Positions 7,241-16,004 of a stretch of DNA of 32,000 nt are shown in pieces (the first letter of the stretch is position 1; the number at the start of each line of letters is the position of its first letter). Below the pieces are notes generated by a model. The model worked only from the letters and a program-made list of their open reading frames with translations. It was not told where the DNA came from and did no database searches. This DNA comes from Nitrospirota bacterium. Its GTDB lineage: Bacteria > Nitrospirota > Thermodesulfovibrionia > Thermodesulfovibrionales > JdFR-88. The stretch covers positions 12,995 through 44,994 of the forward strand of contig JAKAKS010000033.1 of NCBI GenBank assembly GCA_021813405.1, written 5' to 3'. Position numbers and translations under genes: made by a program.

Positions 7241-7268
7241 AGTATAGGATGTAAATTCCGGGTTTCAA
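7241..7268 (-). promoter_or_regulatory. Sigma70-like promoter for the cytochrome gene (TTGAAA-N16-TATACT)
   Basis: The minus strand reads TTGAAAcccggaatttacatccTATACT inside an AT-rich 260-bp spacer after the end of the RND gene. Confidence 0.35.
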
Positions 7269-7453
7269 TAAGTAGTTTTGCGGTTCAATTTTAAAAATTG
7301 CTCATCTGTTTCTTTTTTGGCATTTAAGCATTTGCGGGGGCATGTTTTTTAATATGCGCACCATGAATATTATTTGTTTGTGGAGGAAGGTGGCAGCGCT
7401 TGTTTCCGATACGGTTATAAAAGGATTGCGCCAGTTGCAGGCTTATAGTTTTT

Positions 7454-10400
7454 TCACTTTCCCTTTACCCTGAATGTATAAAAAATCACAGGCAGTACGA
7501 ACAGCACCAGCGGAAACTGGACCACCAGCCCGGAGATTATGGCTATTGCCAGGGGTTTCAGCATCGCGGCCCCCTGGCCGATGCCGGTTGCAAGCGGCAT
7601 TAAGGCCAGGATGGCGGCAAAAGTAGTCATGGCGATGGGCCGCATCCTGTTTTTCCCCGCGGTTATGAAGGCCTCTTTTCTGTTCATCCCTGCGGGCATT
7701 TCGTAATATTCAGACACGTAAAATATGGCTACCTCGGTTGCTATGCCGATAATCATCGTCATCCCCATCATGGCGGAGATATTTAATTCCGTGCCTGTGA
7801 TAAAAAGGCCCGCAAACACTCCCATGACGGCCAGAAGGCTGGTGATAAGTATTGCCCCGGCAACCAGAAAGCTCTCGTACAGATAAAGAAGCAGCAGGAA
7901 GATTAGCGCAACGGCGGCGGCAAACACGGCCATGAGCCCGGCAAAGGCTATCTTCTGCTGTTTGTAGAGCCCGCCAAGGCTGTAGTAAACCCCGGCAGGG
8001 AAAAGCCCCGGCCGCGCAAGCGCCTTCTTTACGTCACGGATAACAGAGCCCATGTCCCTGCCGGTTATGCGTCCGGTAACGGCGGCCATTCTTTTTAGGT
8101 TGTCCCGTGTAATCTCGGGCTGCCCGCTTATGGCAGTTAATGTGGCAATCCTGCCAAGCGGGAACAGGTGGCCGTCAGGGGCGCGCAACTGCAACTGGGC
8201 AAGCTGCCCGACGGTTGCCCTGTATTTTCCTGGAATCCAGACTCTTACGCCAACCATCTTGGGTTCCTTCTCAACCTGCGTGGTGACAATGCCGCTTAAC
8301 ATCGCGTCCAGGTCCTTTGTGACGGAATCCGGGTCCACCCCTTCCAGGGCGGCTTTCACCCTGTCCACCTTTATATCCAGGGCATCACCGGCAAGTACTA
8401 TGCCGGGGTCCACATCCACCACGCCGGGTATCTTGCTTATCATGTCCGCTATTTTAGGGGCAAGAGTATCCAGCACCTTCCCGTTATCCGAATAGATTTT
8501 TATCTCGATTGGCTGGGGGACGCCGGTAAAATCCCCTATCATGTCTTCAAGGAGCTGGGCCATTTCAATATGCAGGCCCGGTACGGATTTTTCCACGCGC
8601 TTGCGGATGTCATTCATAACCTCGCCAATTGGCTTTCTGGGGAAGGGCTTCAGGCGTATGAAGAAATCGCCCTGGTATGCCTCCGTAACACCGCCGCCAA
8701 GCTGAAGCCCGGTGCGCCTGGAATAGGTCTGCACTTCAGGTGTTGTACGGAGGATGTCTTCCACTTGTCTTAGCAGGCGGTCCGTCTCGGCCAGTGATGT
8801 GCCCGGCTCCGCCAGATAGTCCAGGATGAATCCCCCTTCGTCCATCCTGGGCATGAACCCGGAGCCAAGGTGCTTGTAGCACAGCCATCCACCGATAAGA
8901 AGTGCGGCCACAGGTATCAATACCAGCATGGGGCGGCCAAGCAGGCGGGACATGGTATTTTCGTATTTTTTGTGCGCCTTTTCCGTTACAAAACCGCCTT
9001 CCTTCTGGTCCGCATCCTTTTCACTTAGCAGATGGTCCGCAAGCAGCGGGACGGCAAGCCATGCTACAAAATATGAGATAAAAAGGCTGGCCGCCATTGT
9101 CAGGGAAAGCGCCTTGAAAAAAGCGCCGGTAACGCCGGAGAGGAAAGCCAGCGGCGTGAATATTACTATTGTGGACGCGGAGGACCCCATCAGAGGCCTT
9201 GTAAACTCCCTTGCCGCAAACATGATTTTTTCATGGTGTTCGCCGGGCGCCATACTGCCGCCGCCGCGGAGCCGCCGCACGATGTGTTCCAGCATAACGA
9301 TAGTGTCATCAATTATCAGGCCCACGGCTGCGGCCATGCCGCCAAGCGTCATCATGTTGAAGCTCTGGTGCATTATGTACAAAAGCAGCACCGAGGCCGC
9401 AAGCACCCCCGGCACAGTGATAATGGCTATAAGTGTTATCTTTACGTTCTTAAGGAAGATAAAAAGTATAACGGCCGCAAGCGCAACGCCTATCAGTATG
9501 GCGTCCCTTACACTGCCGGCCGAGGCGTTTATCAGCTGGCTCTGGTCGTACCAGTTTGCTATCTTTACCCCCGCTGGTATCTGGTTTTTAAACCCGGCCA
9601 GTTTCGCTTTCAGGTCTTTTGCTATGCGCACGGTATTTCCGCCGCGCTGCTGGTAAACATTCAGCAGCACGGCGTCGTGGCCGTCCGCTGTTACCCTTGT
9701 CCATTGCGGCACCGTTGCGCGGCTTACGGCGGCCACGTCTTCCAGCAGTACCGGCCCGTTTGCCCCGGAGCGCAAAACCGTGCTGCGGATTTCATCAAGT
9801 CCGGTAAAGCTGGTGTCGGACATTACAAGATAAAGCTTGTAATGGTCCTCCAGGCGGCCCACCGCGGTTATGACGTTTGCTGCAGAGAGGGATTTGGCCA
9901 CGTCCGAAAGCGTAAGTCCGTAAGAGGCAAGTTTTGCCGGGTCCACCGTCACCCGGTATTCCTCGGTGGTGCCGCCCTGTACCTGCACCCTTGCCACGCC
10001 GTTTACCGTGGAAAGAAGCGGGCGGAGCTGATAGAAGGCGAAATCGTGCAACGCGGTAAGGGAAAGATTGTCCGATGTCAGGCTGTAGGCCAGCACCGGG
10101 TCGATTGTGGGGTCCATGCGTTTTACCGAAAAGGTGGTACTCGAAGGCATGGATGGCATCACCTGGTTTATCGCCGATTCCACCTGAAGCAGCGATTCCG
10201 CCATATTCCGGCCCCATCCGAAATCCACCCTCACTTCCGCGCTGCCGCGGCTTGTGGTGGAACGGACGCTTACAACCCCTGGAACAGCCCTTACCGCCTG
10301 CTCCACGGGCAATGTGACCTCGATTGCCATCCGGGTGGCGGGGCGGTCCCCGGCATCCAGCTCGACGGCAATCCTTGGGAAGCTAACGTTTGGAAGCAGG

Positions 10401-10504
10401 GCAACCGGCAGCTTCACACTGCTTGCGATGCCTCCAAGCATCAGCACGGCCAGCAAAAAGAGTATTGAACGGCGGTGGTACTGAACCCATCCGGTGAAAG
10501 TCAT
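7454..10504 (-). CDS. RND efflux transporter permease subunit (AcrB/CzcA superfamily)
   Basis: The ORF is 1016 aa with a 12-TM, two-large-loop architecture. The TM4 motif is GLIIDDTIVMLEH. Its ATG forms an ATGA overlap with the adaptor gene stop at 10501-10504. Confidence 0.95.
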   Translation of the reverse strand: MTFTGWVQYHRRSILFLLAVLMLGGIASSVKLPVALLPNVSFPRIAVELDAGDRPATRMAIEVTLPVEQAVRAVPGVVSVRSTTSRGSAEVRVDFGWGRNMAESLLQVESAINQVMPSMPSSTTFSVKRMDPTIDPVLAYSLTSDNLSLTALHDFAFYQLRPLLSTVNGVARVQVQGGTTEEYRVTVDPAKLASYGLTLSDVAKSLSAANVITAVGRLEDHYKLYLVMSDTSFTGLDEIRSTVLRSGANGPVLLEDVAAVSRATVPQWTRVTADGHDAVLLNVYQQRGGNTVRIAKDLKAKLAGFKNQIPAGVKIANWYDQSQLINASAGSVRDAILIGVALAAVILFIFLKNVKITLIAIITVPGVLAASVLLLYIMHQSFNMMTLGGMAAAVGLIIDDTIVMLEHIVRRLRGGGSMAPGEHHEKIMFAAREFTRPLMGSSASTIVIFTPLAFLSGVTGAFFKALSLTMAASLFISYFVAWLAVPLLADHLLSEKDADQKEGGFVTEKAHKKYENTMSRLLGRPMLVLIPVAALLIGGWLCYKHLGSGFMPRMDEGGFILDYLAEPGTSLAETDRLLRQVEDILRTTPEVQTYSRRTGLQLGGGVTEAYQGDFFIRLKPFPRKPIGEVMNDIRKRVEKSVPGLHIEMAQLLEDMIGDFTGVPQPIEIKIYSDNGKVLDTLAPKIADMISKIPGVVDVDPGIVLAGDALDIKVDRVKAALEGVDPDSVTKDLDAMLSGIVTTQVEKEPKMVGVRVWIPGKYRATVGQLAQLQLRAPDGHLFPLGRIATLTAISGQPEITRDNLKRMAAVTGRITGRDMGSVIRDVKKALARPGLFPAGVYYSLGGLYKQQKIAFAGLMAVFAAAVALIFLLLLYLYESFLVAGAILITSLLAVMGVFAGLFITGTELNISAMMGMTMIIGIATEVAIFYVSEYYEMPAGMNRKEAFITAGKNRMRPIAMTTFAAILALMPLATGIGQGAAMLKPLAIAIISGLVVQFPLVLFVLPVIFYTFRVKGK

Positions 10505-11604
10505 TTTGTATGCGGCACCTTTACGGCCATCCCGTCTTTAAGTTCGTAGTTGCCAACTACCACAACCTCATCACCCGGTTTCAGGCCCCCGCCGGATACC
10601 AGCGCCAGATTGCCGCTTTCAATGCCTCTTTGAACTATGTGCTTGACAGCTTTTCCATCGCTTACTGTATAAAGCACGTATTTCCCGCCCTCCGGCAGCA
10701 CTGCGCTCCTGGGCACAACCATCCCGTAAGAGGAGGCCATCTGTATCTTGCCCATGACATATTCGCCAAGAAGAAACCCTGCGGATTGCCCGGCCCCTGC
10801 GGAAGGCAACGCAACAAAAACATCCACAAGGCGCGTGGCGGAGTTCACCGCGCGGGAAATCTTCCTTACCCGGCCTGTTATTCCGGTTGGCAGCTGCTGG
10901 TTTACCGGCGAAAGCAGTACGGGCTGCCCTTGAACCAGCCGTCCGGCGGCGTTAGGCTCCATCCCAAGGCGTACCTCCAGGCGGTTTTGAGCTATTGTGC
11001 CAACCAGCGGCTTGCCGTCGGCAACTATAGCGCCGTCCTGAACGTTTACATAGCTTACCAGGCCGCCGGCATCTGCCCGTATTACCCGCATGCCGTCCAC
11101 GCCCATCTTTTGGAAGTTTTTCAGTTGCAATGATGCCTTCCTGAAGTCCTCCTGCGCCTTAAGCATCTGGGTGTTGGTTGCAAGCTTAAGATCGAACAGC
11201 TGCTTTACATGCGCCAGGTTCTGTTTTGAAATATCATAGGAGTTTTCCGCCTGGCCCAGTTGAAGAAGAGTATCGGGGCTGGGTTCCACCTGAATAAGCG
11301 GCTCGCCCCTGGCCACCTTCTGCCCGGCGCTCACCATTACCTGCCCCACCCTTATCTCATATGGCACGGAGGCAACCTGCACCGCGTCCGGCGCGGGGAC
11401 AACTTCGCCAAATGCCGTACCGGCGGCTGAAATCCTCTGCGTTTTTACCGGGGCAACTTCAACGCTTGCCACCGGGCCGCCCGCCTCCGGCGCCGGGCTG
11501 TCCGCGCTTGCCTTTTGCCCCCTGCCTTCAATAAGCTTGTAGCCGCCAAAAGCAAGGCAAACGGCAAAAACCGTAATAAGGACGCCCCTCCAGGGGAATT
11601 TCAT
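10501..11604 (-). CDS. RND efflux periplasmic adaptor (membrane fusion protein, HlyD-like)
   Basis: There is an N-terminal anchor (MKFPWRGVLITVFAVCLAFGG), a coiled-coil segment (LQLGQAENSYDISKQNLAHVKQLFDLKLATNTQMLKAQEDFRKASLQLKNFQ) and beta-barrel C-terminal domains. AGGAGG lies 9 nt before the ATG at 11604. Confidence 0.9.
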   Translation of the reverse strand: MKFPWRGVLITVFAVCLAFGGYKLIEGRGQKASADSPAPEAGGPVASVEVAPVKTQRISAAGTAFGEVVPAPDAVQVASVPYEIRVGQVMVSAGQKVARGEPLIQVEPSPDTLLQLGQAENSYDISKQNLAHVKQLFDLKLATNTQMLKAQEDFRKASLQLKNFQKMGVDGMRVIRADAGGLVSYVNVQDGAIVADGKPLVGTIAQNRLEVRLGMEPNAAGRLVQGQPVLLSPVNQQLPTGITGRVRKISRAVNSATRLVDVFVALPSAGAGQSAGFLLGEYVMGKIQMASSYGMVVPRSAVLPEGGKYVLYTVSDGKAVKHIVQRGIESGNLALVSGGGLKPGDEVVVVGNYELKDGMAVKVPHTK

Positions 11605-11617
11605 CAGCGCATACCTC

Positions 11618-12985
11618 CTATTGCAAATACTCTCCGGCGCTGATCTCCAGCGCCACATGCAGTTCCGCCAGCGTCAGCCTGAGCTTCAGCGCGTCCAGCC
11701 TCCTGGTGGCCAGCCTGTTTACCTCGTTGTAATAACTGAGAGCGTCTATGTTGCCCTCAAGAAAACCGTTATACGACACGGATACAAGCTTCCCCAGCGC
11801 CGCCACGGACTTGCCGGCCGCGCTTATCTGGGCCTTAACCGCTTTAATGTTTGCCAGTATGGCCGCTGCATCCGCCCGCGCCTGGAATATCCTGTTCATA
11901 TATTCGTCATACAGCATTTGCCTTGTGGCTTTCTCTATGGCTATATGGCCCTGGTTACGATCGAAAAAAGGCAGTTTAATGGACAAGGAAAAGCCCGTTG
12001 ATATAACGTTGGTATTGTCCCTGGCATGGGAGAACCCGATGCCTATGCTTGGGAACTGTGCGCGCACGGCCTCCCTTAACGCTGCATCCTGGCTCTGGTA
12101 ACCCTGTTTCAAGGCAAGCAGGTCCAGCCTCCTGTTTTCAATCCCTTTCATTATGCCGTTCAGCGAAGGAAGGGTTTTCAAGGCCGGAAACGCCATGTTC
12201 TTTTTCAGCGGGATATAACTTTTGGGGGGAAACCCAAGCACAAGGTTAAGCCTTAGCCGTTCCTGTTCCAGTTTCTGGCTGGTGCTGAGGGCTGTGGAAT
12301 GCGCGCTTCTAAGCGTTGATTCCACCGCATCCAGATCAACAATCGTCATATTGCCTTCGTCAACTGCTTTTTTTATGGCTTGCAGGTTCTGAAGCAGAGT
12401 GTTCTCCTCATTTTTCGCAATCTTCAGCTGCTGCTCCAGCATCATTACCCGATAAACTTCCAGCCTTGCGGACTGGGCCACCTGCCATTCCTGCCAGACT
12501 ATATCAAGGCTGACGGATTCCTTATTGGCCTGCGCCGCGTCAATTTTTGGCCCGCGTGTAAGCAGGGATTTTATGATGCTCCAGTCCAGCCCCAGCCCGT
12601 AGGCGTTCACTGTGCCCTGGTCGCTGCCGCCGCTAGGCACATCCAGGCTGTAACTGAATGCCGGGTTGGGAAGGATGCCAGCCTGCAAAAGCTGGGCATT
12701 GGCAATACCAAGCCGGTCCCTTTCGGCGCGAAGCTGCGGATTTGCGATAACGGCTATAATTGCCGCGTCCTGGGCGGAGATGCCTTTTGCAAAATCTATA
12801 TTTCGCGGCTTGAGGACGGGATGCTTTATCTGCCTGGCCTTTATCCGCAATGATTGAATATCAGGGGCCGCAAGCCTGCCGGAGATGGCCTGCCGGTTAA
12901 TGGGCTTCGGCTGATATATTGCGCAGCCGCAAAGCATGGCAAGCGGCACTATGCATAACAGCTTTTTTATCATGGGAGATCGCAT
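11618..12985 (-). CDS. Outer-membrane efflux protein (TolC/OprM family lipoprotein)
   Basis: A lipobox is present (LAMLCGC), and the two-repeat OEP helical pattern runs throughout. The gene order OMF-MFP-RND is as in czcCBA. The start is the ATG at 12985 or at 12973. Confidence 0.9.
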   Translation of the reverse strand: MRSPMIKKLLCIVPLAMLCGCAIYQPKPINRQAISGRLAAPDIQSLRIKARQIKHPVLKPRNIDFAKGISAQDAAIIAVIANPQLRAERDRLGIANAQLLQAGILPNPAFSYSLDVPSGGSDQGTVNAYGLGLDWSIIKSLLTRGPKIDAAQANKESVSLDIVWQEWQVAQSARLEVYRVMMLEQQLKIAKNEENTLLQNLQAIKKAVDEGNMTIVDLDAVESTLRSAHSTALSTSQKLEQERLRLNLVLGFPPKSYIPLKKNMAFPALKTLPSLNGIMKGIENRRLDLLALKQGYQSQDAALREAVRAQFPSIGIGFSHARDNTNVISTGFSLSIKLPFFDRNQGHIAIEKATRQMLYDEYMNRIFQARADAAAILANIKAVKAQISAAGKSVAALGKLVSVSYNGFLEGNIDALSYYNEVNRLATRRLDALKLRLTLAELHVALEISAGEYLQ

Positions 12986-13095
12986 TTAAAAAATCTTAAA
13001 CAATGGGCATCTTGTTGTCCATGCCTGCCCGCCTCAAATTTTATTGCAATTTTTTTAATATAAGTTCCGGGAATTGCATGGACATTGCGCAAACA

Positions 13096-14526
13096 TTACA
13101 AATCTGCAATGTTGTCCGTTTTGGGATTGGCCGGAATGTAGACAGTAAAAACGGAACCTTCGCCCGGCGCGCTGGAGACCTCCACGCGTCCTTTGTGCGC
13201 CAGAATGATTGCCTTTACAAGGCTCAGGCCAAGCCCAAGCCCCCTTTGTGAGCGGCTTTTGTCCCCGCGGTACAGCCGGTCCCATATTTTCGGGAGTTCC
13301 TGCTGCTGAATGCCGGCGCCTGTATCTGTTATTTGGATAACGGCGCTTTGATTTTCCCTGGATGTTTGGATTTCCACGGACCCTCCGCAATCCGTGTACT
13401 TGACTGCATTGTCCAGCAGGTTAGCGATGGCCTGCTGAATCCTGTTTTTATCCGCAAGCACTTGCATATTTCCCGTGAATGAGGCGCGGATGGCCACATT
13501 CTTTTCTTCCGCCACATAGCTGTAAAGGTCTGTCACCTCATTTATCAGGGCCGACAAGTCCACATCCTGCAAATTAAGCAGCATTGCGCCTGTTTCAGCC
13601 TCCGAGATGTCCATCACAGTGTTAAGCATTGTCAGTATGCGGTCCGCCTCCTCTATGCTGTCGGCCAGCGCGCTTTTCAGCGTGTCCGGGCTGGCTTCAG
13701 AGCGAAGCGCCATCTCAGCGCCGGCGCGAATTCTTGTGATTGGGGTGCGCAGGTCATGGGCCACATTGTCCAGGCCCTCCCTCATACCTTTTATAAGCTT
13801 TTCGATTTTTTCCAGCATGGTGTTAAAAAGCCTGCTTAGTTCCTGAAGCTCATCCTTGCTATCTCCCACAGGCACCCTGGCGTTTATCTCCCCAGTGCCG
13901 ATTATCTGGCGCGTTGCGTTTATCAGGTAGCGTATGGGCCTGAGGGCCCGGAACGTAAGCAGCATCCCCCCGGCAAAACCGGTTATGAATACAGGAATCA
14001 GTATTTTCAGGAATATCGCGCGGAACCGTGCGATCAACTCCTGGCTGTTAACAGTAAGTTTGCCAACCTGCAGGATTAAACCCGGTGTGATGGGTTTTGA
14101 CAATATCTCATACGTGTTCTTCACGCCATTTGAAGAAATAGAAGACCATGGCCCCTTGTTTTCCGTTTGGCCGGTGTCCAGCCGCTCTAAATCCGGCGCC
14201 GGCCATTGCCGGGGGATGGACAGAAAAACCGTCCCCTTTTTCGCATCCGTGAGGCGGACAAAAAAAAGGTCCTGGCCGGTCGAGTCCTTGAACCTTATTT
14301 CGGACAGGGCGCGCTCCAGCCTGCTGCTTCCTCCCATGCGGAAATCGGCTACGTAATCTTCCATTTCGGACTGGATGAGCTTGCGGTCGTTCTGCCTGAA
14401 GGAGAATTTAAGGGAAAAGAATGTAACAAAGAACAAAATCAGGGAACTGGCAATAAATATGGCCGAGTACCAGAAGGCCAGCTGAAAGCCTATTGTTCTG
14501 CTGGATGCCCTAAGCCCTGAAAGCAT
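13096..14526 (-). CDS. Sensor histidine kinase (two TM helices, HAMP, HisKA, HATPase)
   Basis: The H-box is HDLRTPITRIRAG, the N-box is NLLDNAVKYT, G1 is DTGAGI and G2 is GLGLGLSLV. The ORF overlaps the response-regulator gene by 17 nt. Confidence 0.9.
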   Translation of the reverse strand: MLSGLRASSRTIGFQLAFWYSAIFIASSLILFFVTFFSLKFSFRQNDRKLIQSEMEDYVADFRMGGSSRLERALSEIRFKDSTGQDLFFVRLTDAKKGTVFLSIPRQWPAPDLERLDTGQTENKGPWSSISSNGVKNTYEILSKPITPGLILQVGKLTVNSQELIARFRAIFLKILIPVFITGFAGGMLLTFRALRPIRYLINATRQIIGTGEINARVPVGDSKDELQELSRLFNTMLEKIEKLIKGMREGLDNVAHDLRTPITRIRAGAEMALRSEASPDTLKSALADSIEEADRILTMLNTVMDISEAETGAMLLNLQDVDLSALINEVTDLYSYVAEEKNVAIRASFTGNMQVLADKNRIQQAIANLLDNAVKYTDCGGSVEIQTSRENQSAVIQITDTGAGIQQQELPKIWDRLYRGDKSRSQRGLGLGLSLVKAIILAHKGRVEVSSAPGEGSVFTVYIPANPKTDNIADL

Positions 14527-15181
14527 AACCGATCCCCCTCATCGTCTGGATCAGCTTCTGGTCAAAATCCTTTTCGATCTTGTTTCTCAGCCGGCAAACC
14601 AGCACGTCCACCACATTGGTCTGCGGATCAAAATTATATCCCCATATATGCTCAAGTATCATGGCCTTTGAAACCACCTTGCCCGCATTGCGTAAAAAGT
14701 ATTCAAGGAGGGCAAATTCCCGATACTGCAAATCGATTTTTTTGCCGCCCCTGAATACCTCGCGCGTGAGGAGGTCTATCGAAATGTCCTGGGCGGCCAG
14801 GCGGGTGGTTTCGGCCATGCCTGATGATCTTCGGATCAGCGCCTGCAAACGCGCCAGGAGTTCGGAGAAGGAGAACGGTTTTGTAAGGTAATCGTCGCCG
14901 CCTGCGCGCAGCCCGCGCACCCTGTCGTCCACGGAATGCCTTGCGCTGAGGATTATCACCGGGGTGTTGATCTTCTGGCGGCGAATCTCTTCGATCACAG
15001 CCAGCCCGTCCAGCCGCGGCAGCATGATATCAACTATGGCTGAATCATAAACCCCCGTCTGCAATGCGCGCAGGCCGTCCTCTCCGTTGTCCTCACAATC
15101 CACCGCAAAGCCGGCCTGCTTCATTCCGCTGGATATGAAAGAGGCTATTTTTTTGTCATCCTCTATGATCAGAATGCGCAT
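14510..15181 (-). CDS. OmpR/PhoB-family response regulator (CusR/CopR-like winged helix)
   Basis: The receiver domain reads MRILIIEDD ... VDIMLPRLDG. The wHTH segment ILEHIWGYNFDPQTNVVDVLVCRLRNKIE resembles the heavy-metal response-regulator subfamily. Confidence 0.95.
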   Translation of the reverse strand: MRILIIEDDKKIASFISSGMKQAGFAVDCEDNGEDGLRALQTGVYDSAIVDIMLPRLDGLAVIEEIRRQKINTPVIILSARHSVDDRVRGLRAGGDDYLTKPFSFSELLARLQALIRRSSGMAETTRLAAQDISIDLLTREVFRGGKKIDLQYREFALLEYFLRNAGKVVSKAMILEHIWGYNFDPQTNVVDVLVCRLRNKIEKDFDQKLIQTMRGIGYAFRA

Positions 15182-15204
15182 TTCTTCCGGTTCCGCTACT
15201 ATTT

Positions 15205-15210
15205 ATTATA
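15205..15210 (-). promoter_or_regulatory. Perfect TATAAT -10 box upstream of the response-regulator gene
   Basis: The minus strand reads tttTATAATaaatagtagcggaaccggaagaaATG. The -35 is poor (GCAACA-like), so this is only a candidate. Confidence 0.3.
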
Positions 15211-15304
15211 AAAAATGGCGGCTGTTTGTTGCCGGAGTGCCCTGAAAGTGCTATCCTCTAGAATATGCGTGTGCGTCTACATCCCAGGCGTGCAGGAGGA
15301 AAAG

Positions 15305-15619
15305 ATGAATAGCGGATTGAAAGCTGCCATATGCGGTGTTGTTGCCGCAGCGTTTATCGCAACCGGTACCAGCGCCGGCGCATTTACAGGGCAGAAGTAT
15401 TCCAAAGAGGCCAGGATCAGCCTTGCCAAAGCCAGGCATATAGCCCTGAAGGTATATCCGGGCAAGATTGTCTCGGAGGAACTGGAGCATGAAAAAGGCG
15501 GCAGCGGACTCCGCTATTCATTCGATATTACTAACCACGGCAAAACGCATGAAGTGGGAGTGGACGCGGTGACCGGGAAGGTGCTGGAAAATTCAGTGGA
15601 AGGCCCTAATCCGGACTGA
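15305..15619 (+). CDS. PepSY domain-containing secreted protein
   Basis: AGGAGG precedes the ATG at 15305. The signal sequence is MNSGLKAAICGVVAAAFIATGTSAGA. The PepSY pattern is ISLAKARHIALKVYPGKIVSEELEHEKGGSGLRYSFDI ... VGVDAVTGKVL. Confidence 0.8.
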   Translation: MNSGLKAAICGVVAAAFIATGTSAGAFTGQKYSKEARISLAKARHIALKVYPGKIVSEELEHEKGGSGLRYSFDITNHGKTHEVGVDAVTGKVLENSVEGPNPD

Positions 15620-15696
15620 TTCTGGTTAACTGCGCGGCCCTGTATTATTAACTGCTAGTTTATTTACAGTTGCACTCTCTTCCGGCCTGACCCTGC

Positions 15697-16002
15697 TCAG
15701 GACTGGGCTGACCTATCGTCCTTTTTTCCGATGAGCATTGCTGTGCCTGGACATATTTTAGCGCGCTGAACTCCTGAATGGATAACGCCTGCCGCCCTGT
15801 TTATTATCATGCCCATCCAATATGGTTGCTTTGTGATTTCGTGATTCGAGAGGCCAAATGCTTGAAATTTAATGCGGAATACTGGTACAACTATAAAGCT
15901 TTTATCGAAATGTTTTTTTGGATGTTTTTTCACGTGCGGAGCTTTTAACGCCGCAGATATGAAGTAACTCAAGGCCGCAATTTCCACGTCATCGGGAAAC
16001 AT
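15697..16002 (-). CDS. Hypothetical ORF of doubtful reality
   Basis: This is the only ORF over 60 aa in the 385-bp spacer and it is low in GC. It has no recognisable motif and no SD. Its start abuts the acyltransferase start head to head (ATG 16002 against ATG 16005), which leaves no room for promoters. Confidence 0.2.
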   Translation of the reverse strand: MFPDDVEIAALSYFISAALKAPHVKKHPKKHFDKSFIVVPVFRIKFQAFGLSNHEITKQPYWMGMIINRAAGVIHSGVQRAKICPGTAMLIGKKDDRSAQS

Positions 16003-16004
16003 GA

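Noticed and set aside
7226-7241. Sigma-54-like TGGAATCAGGCAAGCA upstream of the cytochrome gene
   Set aside because: The GG/GC spacing is correct, but the flanking consensus positions are poor (no TTGC, no CAC). The overlapping sigma70-type TTGAAA-N16-TATACT is the simpler reading.
9233-10468. The 411-aa plus-strand ORF and other plus ORFs inside 8052-10484
   Set aside because: They are antisense shadows of the RND gene in GC-rich sequence. Their products are R/H/G/P-rich and unlike any protein family.
13082-13110. ACATTGC ... GCAATGT inverted repeat and ATTGCA-like repeats between the kinase gene and the OMF gene, considered as response-regulator boxes or a terminator
   Set aside because: The arms are only 7 bp with a loop of about 15 nt and no U-tract. 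The repeat overlaps the kinase stop, and the direct repeats are too short and degenerate to call by eye.
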